A program made the position numbers and the translations under genes. The notes below the pieces were generated by a model. That model worked only from the letters and a program-made list of their open reading frames with translations, ran no database searches and was not told the DNA's origin. 64,000 nucleotides of DNA from Parcubacteria group bacterium (GTDB lineage Bacteria; Patescibacteriota; Minisyncoccia; Moranbacterales; UBA2206): assembly GCA_041659505.1 (NCBI GenBank), contig JBAZYF010000003.1, forward strand, positions 150,026 through 214,025, read 5' to 3'. This document shows, in pieces, positions 57,972-64,000 of this stretch. Positions within the stretch are counted from its first letter, which is position 1; each line of letters starts with the position of its first letter.

Positions 57972-58370
57972 TTATTCCGTTGTCTGGCCGTCAAATTCCG
58001 CTTCATTACTTTCCGCCTCCTCTTTAGTGGCTCTGACAATTCCATCTTTATGATGCGCCGGCGAATAAATGGTGTACATTTTTAGCTCTTCGGTTTCGGA
58101 AGTGTTGATGATGTTGTGCTGGGCGCCGGCCGGAACAATGATTGCGACGCCGTCTCGCAGGGCATATTCATTATCATCGATGATGCATTTGCCCTCGCCT
58201 TTTTCAAAGCGAAAAAATTGGTCATTTTCCTCGTGCACTTCCATGCCAATTTCTTCTTTCGGCTTGAGGCTCATAAGCACTAACTGGCTATGTTTACCAG
58301 TGTAAAGCACACGACGGAAATCGGTGTTTTCCAAAGTGTCTTTTTCGATGTTCGCATTGAATCCTTGCAT
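57972..58370 (-). CDS. Cupin-domain protein
   Basis: Cupin motifs (HEENDQFFRFEKGEG...IIVPAGAQHNIIN); 132 aa. Confidence 0.7.
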   Translation of the reverse strand: MQGFNANIEKDTLENTDFRRVLYTGKHSQLVLMSLKPKEEIGMEVHEENDQFFRFEKGEGKCIIDDNEYALRDGVAIIVPAGAQHNIINTSETEELKMYTIYSPAHHKDGIVRATKEEAESNEAEFDGQTTE

Positions 58371-58419
58371 ATATTTTTTGTTAATAATTAAGCTTGGTTT
58401 TATTATACCTCACCCATTT

Positions 58420-58695
58420 TTATTCTTCAATTCTTAGTGCTTTGCCTTTGACAATCGCTTCGGCAACTTTCACTCTGGCGGAAGCTAAGATTCGCTGAAA
58501 AGTGCTCTGCGAAGTGTTCATTTTTTCGGCTGATTCTGTCTGCTCGAGCCCGTCAAAATCCTTAAGCTTCAGCGCTTCCATTTCTTCCTTGGTCAAAACC
58601 ACTTCATCCAGTTGATGCATGGGAATTCCCTGCGGTTTGAAATAATGAGCCTTGGGCTTGAACCTCAGCCTTCGACATATTTTTGGCCTTACCAT
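58420..58695 (-). CDS. DUF134 (UPF0251) family predicted DNA-binding protein
   Basis: 91 aa opening with VRPKICRRLRFKPKAHYFKPQGIP, typical of the DUF134 family. Confidence 0.65.
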   Translation of the reverse strand: MVRPKICRRLRFKPKAHYFKPQGIPMHQLDEVVLTKEEMEALKLKDFDGLEQTESAEKMNTSQSTFQRILASARVKVAEAIVKGKALRIEE

Positions 58696-58789
58696 ATAAT
58701 TTTTCTTAATTTATTATATTATACCACTAAAAACAAGCTTCTCCCTCTTTGACAGCCAAAGAAAGAGAAAGACTATTTTCAGAAGAAAA

Positions 58790-59035
58790 TTATTCACTTT
58801 CCAGCCCCTTCAGCTCTTCCTCTGCCATCCGCAGCTCTTGCCTTAAATCTTCAATCTCCGATTTCAGTAATTCTTTTTTCTCCGCCGTTGTCAGAGCATT
58901 AAATCTTCTTCGGCCAAGCCCACTTCCACAGCCTCGTCCCAAGCCCTTACCTCCTCCGCAAGAACCCATTTCCCTGCCAGTTCCCGGTCCTGCGCCTAGA
59001 GGTCCTGTCTTATCTAATTGTGGCATATTTATCAC
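58790..59035 (-). CDS. DUF5320-like glycine-rich/coiled-coil small protein
   Basis: Glycine-rich N-terminus (GPLGAGPGTGREMGSCGGGKGLGRG) and a C-terminal coiled coil. Often found next to DUF134 genes. Confidence 0.5.
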   Translation of the reverse strand: MINMPQLDKTGPLGAGPGTGREMGSCGGGKGLGRGCGSGLGRRRFNALTTAEKKELLKSEIEDLRQELRMAEEELKGLESE

Positions 59036-59114
59036 CTGCCTTTCTAGTTTAGTTTATTTCGCTCAAGCTATGTTATGAATATATACCCATATTACAATCT
59101 TGTCAACACTAAAA

Positions 59115-59147
59115 AACCTGCCGATTAGTAGACAGGTTTTTGATAAA
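59115..59147 (-). terminator. Terminator hairpin (AAAAACCTG...CAGGTTTTT)
   Basis: ACCTG/CAGGT stem with A and T flanks, immediately downstream of 59166..59699. Confidence 0.5.
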
Positions 59148-59165
59148 GCACAAATTGACAACGGC

Positions 59166-59699
59166 TCAGCACTTGATAACTTCCCGCTCCAGTTCCTCGC
59201 ACCAATTGTGTCCGCAATTTTCCACTTCAATGACCGAGAAGCCTTTGGCGCGCATAAATTGTACCGCCTCATCGCTACAAATAAAATGATCGTTTTTTCC
59301 TCTGATCATGATTAAGTTTTCTTTAGGAATACTCTCTAACTTCTGGGAAAAATCAAGTTGCAAAAGTTTCACGCACCGCACGATTTCCAATATATAACAA
59401 AAAGGATTCAGTGAATATTTTTGTCGCTCAAAGAATAGCCCTTCGGTAGAAATAAATTTTACCCAATTCAAAAACCAACGGAAAATATTTTTTCTCGGCA
59501 AAGGTGGGCTGACTAAAATTAATTTTCCTTTCCCATCCCAATCTCGCAAAGCCGAAAGCGCACCCAAACTTAGCCCGATGATGTGATTGCTATTATTGCT
59601 TGCATCAAAAGTACCGATTTGGACGCTCAGATTTTCAGACTCGTGATATAATTTCAGTCCGGTCATCCAACCGGGGAGAAGTAAAATTTTGTCAGACAT
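59166..59699 (-). CDS. Small alpha/beta-fold hydrolase-like protein
   Basis: 177 aa with a GLSLG nucleophile-elbow-like motif. Confidence 0.45.
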   Translation of the reverse strand: MSDKILLLPGWMTGLKLYHESENLSVQIGTFDASNNSNHIIGLSLGALSALRDWDGKGKLILVSPPLPRKNIFRWFLNWVKFISTEGLFFERQKYSLNPFCYILEIVRCVKLLQLDFSQKLESIPKENLIMIRGKNDHFICSDEAVQFMRAKGFSVIEVENCGHNWCEELEREVIKC

Positions 59700-59708
59700 A
59701 TTATCAGC

Positions 59709-60278
59709 TTATTTTGATAGTTTATTGATACTTTGAACAACATCTGGCAACTCCAAGCAAGAGTCTTCTCCTTCAATCGCCCCAGAAAAATGCTTGGCGT
59801 TATGCTTGATGATAATTTCCGCCCCTAGTTTTTCTTTGAAAATATTTGCATATTTCAAATCTACATAAGGATCATCGTCGGAATGAATTGCCACGAACCC
59901 ATTTTTCGATCTGCTTTTAATTTTCGCAAGATCGATCGGCGTTTCAAAAAAATTTTGGATTTCATCAAATCCTACGTTTTCATTAAATCCAGCCACAAAA
60001 ACCACGCCACCGACTTTTTCCGTTTCTTTGAGTGTTTCCAGATAACGCATAATCGTAGCACAACCGATGCTGTGCCCGATAAGATAGAGCTCGACATCGG
60101 GCGCGCTAATCACTTCTTGCAGTTTCGGCACCCACTGATTCATCTTTGGCATTTCCGTTTCTGGAAAAGCCGGCACTTCAACCTGAAAACCTTTTGCTTC
60201 CAGTTCTTTTTTGACCCAAGAGTACCAGCAATACTGCGGATATCCTTCCCAACAATGGACAATGATTGCTCGTTTCAT
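59709..60278 (-). CDS. Alpha/beta hydrolase, RBBP9/YdeN-like serine hydrolase
   Basis: GHSIG nucleophile elbow; 189 aa; IIVHCWEG N-terminus. Confidence 0.65.
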   Translation of the reverse strand: MKRAIIVHCWEGYPQYCWYSWVKKELEAKGFQVEVPAFPETEMPKMNQWVPKLQEVISAPDVELYLIGHSIGCATIMRYLETLKETEKVGGVVFVAGFNENVGFDEIQNFFETPIDLAKIKSRSKNGFVAIHSDDDPYVDLKYANIFKEKLGAEIIIKHNAKHFSGAIEGEDSCLELPDVVQSINKLSK

Positions 60279-60298
60279 GATTTTAAATATTTTGTTAT

Positions 60299-61018
60299 TT
60301 AATTACGTTCTGATTCCTTCAAGAAACTCCTGCCAACAACCATACCAATCACTGATCCAATGATAGCACCAGCGACGAATTCAGAAAACCAGTGAATGCT
60401 GGTCATCGCCACAGCGATGCCGACATAGAAAGCATAGGCCAGGGCGATGGTGCGGATAAGTTTGTTTTTGGGAAACATGACCCAAATGGTGACCATCATG
60501 GCAAAAGCAATGGTCGTGTGCGATGATGGCCAACCCCAAAAAACGCCGTGGCGCAAAAAGCCAAACTGAAACTGATGGCTAATGTCCACCAATTTACTGC
60601 CATCAATAATCGCCGCATGCGAGTGACCGGGCGGCTGGATTCTTCCGGTGAAAGCTTTATAGAAACTGGAAATGAGCACACCAAGAAGAGCCGCTTGCGC
60701 TACCGCCACTCCAACTTTCAATGCTTTTCTATTTTTCAAAAGTAATCCAACCAAAATCAAAATAAGCGGAAGAAGCACCGGCAAAGTCGTTCCCAGCGCC
60801 AAGGCAGGAAAAAAATCAGCCCGCCAAGCGACAGTGATGGCATAGAGAAAAAATTTCCAGTCGAACCCAGAGACCACAATAATGTAAGTGAGCGCAATCG
60901 CCAAAAAATGCCAGAGCAAATTATACCCGGAAAAAATCTTCAGGATATTTCGAAATAGTTGGTTGAAAAAATTTCGCATAATATTATTAATCGAAGACGG
61001 TCCTCGACTCACAACCAA
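60299..61018 (-). CDS. PAP2-family membrane phosphatase
   Basis: Motifs Kx6RP-like (KAFTGRIQPP), PSSHT (PSGH-like) and HxxxD, in a polytopic membrane protein. Confidence 0.65.
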   Translation of the reverse strand: MVVSRGPSSINNIMRNFFNQLFRNILKIFSGYNLLWHFLAIALTYIIVVSGFDWKFFLYAITVAWRADFFPALALGTTLPVLLPLILILVGLLLKNRKALKVGVAVAQAALLGVLISSFYKAFTGRIQPPGHSHAAIIDGSKLVDISHQFQFGFLRHGVFWGWPSSHTTIAFAMMVTIWVMFPKNKLIRTIALAYAFYVGIAVAMTSIHWFSEFVAGAIIGSVIGMVVGRSFLKESERN

Positions 61019-61905
61019 TCAGCCACAATTTTCGCCATTTTTGCTTCGTGATTTCTAAATGAATGATCGGCGCCTTTCACAATTTCATAACTAAAATCTG
61101 ATTTGTAGCCTTTTAAAATGTCCACACTCTTTCTGACATCCACTCCGGAAAATTCATCAATCTCACCATAGACGACCAGCGTAGATTTTTTGATTGATTT
61201 GAAATGTCGGAAACGCTCTTTTGTCGACAAGTTAATTTTATTCATAACTTCGTAATATGGAAACGTGTTATAATCTCCGTCCGGGTTCGCTGTGTCATAA
61301 AAACTGGCATAGGAATATATAAGATCATATCCCAACAGTTCTGGCATGATTTCAGTGCCTTTGCCCACTTTAATTTTTTCCTTGGCTTTGGACAGCATTG
61401 CAAAAAATTTTCTTTCTCCCAGCATCTCACAAAAAATCCCCGTATCATCTCCACCGGAAAGCAAAACGTATTTGGCAATTTGGTTTTTTGGTTTGTAGAA
61501 ATTATACACACAAATTTTGTTGGCTCCCGTAGACTCGCCAATCAGAAAGAACTCTTCGAAGCCTAATTTTTTGAGAAAACTGATCGCCCCATCAATATCT
61601 TCCACACATTCTTTTATCTTTTCATAGGCCGTCCCATATCTGATTCTTTCTATTTTTCCGCACCTTCTCACATTCAGTTTTTTGACAATATGCGCGCCGC
61701 GATTATTGAAAAAGAGGCTCGAGATCCCCCGCTTCTCTAGTGCATCTGCCAATATTCGATTCTGCACTTCATCATAAAAAACCGACGAGCTCCCATTGCC
61801 GTGGAGCATAATAGCAACTTTCTTGGACTTTTTCCCCACATACAAAAGCCCAGGAAGAGTCAACCCGTCTTTTGTGTTAAGTTCGATGTATTTTGGGTTT
61901 TGCAT
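61009..61905 (-). CDS. Alpha/beta hydrolase (esterase/lipase-like)
   Basis: GxSxG (IGESTGA); 298 aa. Confidence 0.65.
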   Translation of the reverse strand: MQNPKYIELNTKDGLTLPGLLYVGKKSKKVAIMLHGNGSSSVFYDEVQNRILADALEKRGISSLFFNNRGAHIVKKLNVRRCGKIERIRYGTAYEKIKECVEDIDGAISFLKKLGFEEFFLIGESTGANKICVYNFYKPKNQIAKYVLLSGGDDTGIFCEMLGERKFFAMLSKAKEKIKVGKGTEIMPELLGYDLIYSYASFYDTANPDGDYNTFPYYEVMNKINLSTKERFRHFKSIKKSTLVVYGEIDEFSGVDVRKSVDILKGYKSDFSYEIVKGADHSFRNHEAKMAKIVADWL

Positions 61906-61926
61906 AGATGTATTAATTTAGTCAAT

Positions 61927-62451
61927 TTAGTCGATGACCGTCCTCGATTTTTCCCCCGCAAACAGTTTGGCAAGAAAATTATCCGTACCGCTTCTATTTT
62001 TTATGTGGATTATTTTATCTTCAAAACCTTTTAGAGCCTCCTCTATTTCCGGTCTTTCCGCTCTTTTCCACATGACTTCTAAATAATTCCAGTCAAATTT
62101 TTCAATACACCCCGCCGCCATTTCCGGTCTAGTTTTGCCTCGACATCTCCACCACCTGCTTAAACCACCCCAAAATGCCTGCCAGCCAGAATAATCCAAG
62201 TAAATTATAGTATCTGCATTTTTCAATTTACTTTTGGCAGCTGGGTGGATAAAGCCTTCAATAATCCACCTATCCTTTTTAATAATCTCTTCTAATTTTT
62301 GTTCCACTATTTTTTCATCTATTTCTTTCCAATTTTCGCCCCAAACAAACTCGTCATAATGAGTGACTGGAATTTTTGAAAAATCGGATAATTTTCTTGC
62401 CAATCTCGTTTTGCCAGTTCCGCTTATTCCGATAATCAATACTTTGTCCAT
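61927..62451 (-). CDS. P-loop NTPase, adenylate-kinase-like/AAA_33-type small kinase
   Basis: Walker A GISGTGKT at the N-terminus; 174 aa. Confidence 0.6.
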   Translation of the reverse strand: MDKVLIIGISGTGKTRLARKLSDFSKIPVTHYDEFVWGENWKEIDEKIVEQKLEEIIKKDRWIIEGFIHPAAKSKLKNADTIIYLDYSGWQAFWGGLSRWWRCRGKTRPEMAAGCIEKFDWNYLEVMWKRAERPEIEEALKGFEDKIIHIKNRSGTDNFLAKLFAGEKSRTVID

Positions 62452-62464
62452 TGTAACAAAAAAT

Positions 62465-62938
62465 TTATTTGATTAACCCTTTAGAGTATAAATCGTCAAA
62501 AATTAGGTGGTCAACGGGAGAAGTCATTGGTTTTTGAGAATAAGTGAAAAAGGCCATTTTCTCTATTTCAGCGTCAGGCTTTAATTCGCCCTTATAGTCA
62601 GCAGTGCAGCATGTCATGCGAACAACAGTACCTAAGGGCTTGCCGTGTGCTTGCGTTTCAAAAGTTCCATAATGCTTTATTGTATCAGGAACAAGATCAA
62701 CACAGAGCTCTTCTTTGATCTCGCGGATTAAAGCCTCCTGGTCAGTTTCGTCCTTCTCCCGTTTACCGCCGGGGATATACCACGTATCTTTTCCCTTGCT
62801 TAAAGTTTCCAATACTTTTTCATCCTTGAGATGGATGTAGGCTAGCTTGTCGATAAATTGTTTTTCCATAGATTTAATTAAATAAATTTTTATTATTTTA
62901 TATAACTCGATTATATCAGACACCCCTGAAAAAACCAC
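62465..62938 (-). CDS. Nudix hydrolase
   Basis: Nudix box GGKREKDETDQEALIREIKEELCV; 157 aa. Confidence 0.75.
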   Translation of the reverse strand: MVFSGVSDIIELYKIIKIYLIKSMEKQFIDKLAYIHLKDEKVLETLSKGKDTWYIPGGKREKDETDQEALIREIKEELCVDLVPDTIKHYGTFETQAHGKPLGTVVRMTCCTADYKGELKPDAEIEKMAFFTYSQKPMTSPVDHLIFDDLYSKGLIK

Positions 62939-62963
62939 CCTGGGAGGGTGGTTTCAAAATAAT

Positions 62964-64000
62964 TTACTTCCAATTTTTTCCAAGCAATGGAGTTGATGGC
63001 GTAAGAGTGATAATCGATTCTTCAGATATTTTTTCTGGATTAACCTTATCTGAATTACCAAAATTATCATTAAGTGTCCCCTCCTCATTTAGAGTTACAA
63101 TGTATTGGAATTTAGTCCCGGTTTTGCTCAAATTTTCTAAAAATTCATACAGACTGATAAAATGTGCCTTATCTATTCCGTCAAAGATACCATCATGCAC
63201 CAAAAACTTCGGGCCACATAAATTTCTTCTAATCGCATTAAATAGAATCGCCAAATCATAAATTAACGTTCTTCCTTTATTTTTCCCGTAAGAAAGATCC
63301 GAAGAAAGGACAACATTCATATCGATTCTTGAATCTTTACGTTTTTTCGGACTAAAAATAAAAGCTGAATCTCCTTCATTTTCGACATATATAGCATCAT
63401 GAATTTCAAAGAAAACATTTCTAAATTCTGATAACTCTTTTTTAATTTTTTGAGAGAAAGCTTCTATTTCAACATACAATTTCGCACTTTCTACTTCCCT
63501 CTCAGCCATTTCATTTCTTAAATCACGATATGTTTTAATTCGTCCATCTAGATCGCTCATTTCATCTCTCTTTCTACTTAAATTCATGTATGCTTCCGAA
63601 AGATCATTAATTGCTTTTTTCGCACTTAAAAACTGGAAAAGTTTTGACCTTTTCTCCTCAAGTTCATTAATCTTATTACTCTTGTCCTTTATGGATTCCT
63701 TTAGCGAGTGAATTTCTGAAGAAAGAAAATCCTTTCTTGATTGAGAAATCGCTTTCCTGAAATTTATTGCATCGTCTAATGTTTTTTTAATATTTCCAGC
63801 CAACAACTCATTCAGCTCGCTATATATTTTTTTTATTTTTGCAACATTTACATCATCTTTTAATGAAAAACTCTCCTCATAAAATTCTATTTTTCTCCTA
63901 TCTGAGTAATTATCATGCCATAACTCTTTAATTTGAGATGTAAGCTTGTTGCTTTCTTTTTCTACATCTTCGTACTGTTCTGCCAGCTTGAAGCTGTCAA
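62964..64000 (-). CDS. Coiled-coil protein with an ABC/SMC-type ATPase C-terminal region (Walker B/D-loop FLVHDGIFDGID); partial, N-terminus beyond the window end
   Basis: The reading frame stays open from 63806 to the window edge (…DSFKLAEQYEDVEKESNKLTSQIKELWHD…), then a long coiled coil and the C-terminal GRTLIYDLAILFNAIRRNLCGPKFLVHDG. Confidence 0.5.
   Translation of the reverse strand, partial: DSFKLAEQYEDVEKESNKLTSQIKELWHDNYSDRRKIEFYEESFSLKDDVNVAKIKKIYSELNELLAGNIKKTLDDAINFRKAISQSRKDFLSSEIHSLKESIKDKSNKINELEEKRSKLFQFLSAKKAINDLSEAYMNLSRKRDEMSDLDGRIKTYRDLRNEMAEREVESAKLYVEIEAFSQKIKKELSEFRNVFFEIHDAIYVENEGDSAFIFSPKKRKDSRIDMNVVLSSDLSYGKNKGRTLIYDLAILFNAIRRNLCGPKFLVHDGIFDGIDKAHFISLYEFLENLSKTGTKFQYIVTLNEEGTLNDNFGNSDKVNPEKISEESIITLTPSTPLLGKNWK

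Overview
The window is an AT-rich (about 38-40% GC), gene-dense bacterial locus with short intergenic spacers. The mix of families (DUF4349, DUF134/DUF5320, archaeal-type NadM, PMT/GT39-like membrane glycosyltransferases) suggests a small-genome, Patescibacteria/CPR-like organism. This is an inference from gene content, not a database hit. I recognised no rRNA, tRNA or CRISPR array.

From start to end the window holds:
- **0-2 kb:** the secE-nusG-rplK-(small ORF)-rplA ribosomal cluster on the minus strand, with rplA partial at the window edge.
- **2-19 kb:** housekeeping genes: a DEAD-box helicase, a geranylgeranyl-reductase-like flavoprotein, two tandem PMT/GT39-like paralogs, a secreted GH28-like hydrolase, divergent guaB/guaA around a perfect 40-bp palindrome, an amidohydrolase and a DUF4349 protein.
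- **19.2-30 kb:** a defence/mobile island. It carries KilA-N/DinD-like genes, a RhuM-Fic/Doc fusion, a Panacea(PanA)+RelE-like toxin-antitoxin pair flanked by an 83-bp direct repeat, an Mrr-like restriction endonuclease, and a tightly packed six-gene operon: MazE/AbrB-like, MazG-like, DUF2075 Schlafen-like ATPase, TIR-like DUF1863 (ThsB-like), a multi-TM candidate effector and a small TM protein. The island ends in an HD-gene 3'-end fragment, an AAA/DUF4143 ATPase and RadC.
- **30.9-43 kb:** hydrolases, an HD protein, two paralogous two-gene operons that share a duplicated promoter, a MATE transporter, a TMTC-like TPR membrane protein, YggT and TauE.
- **43.3-56.5 kb:** a compositionally distinct block (about 48-52% GC), all on the minus strand. 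It holds the NAD genes nadE, prs, nadK, a Nudix, NAPRT and nadM-Nudix, plus a TerY-P-like signalling triad (vWA, Ser/Thr kinase with Zn ribbon, PP2C) that encloses a nicotinamidase carrying an unknown 290-aa N-terminal domain. An NrtR-like regulator lies upstream.
- **58-64 kb:** a cupin, DUF134/DUF5320, several alpha/beta hydrolases, a PAP2 phosphatase, a Nudix, and a partial SMC/ABC-like ATPase running off the window.

Several repeated non-coding elements recur across the window: 150-180-bp MITE-like inverted-repeat elements, shared palindromic operators, and duplicated gene ends that suggest att sites.
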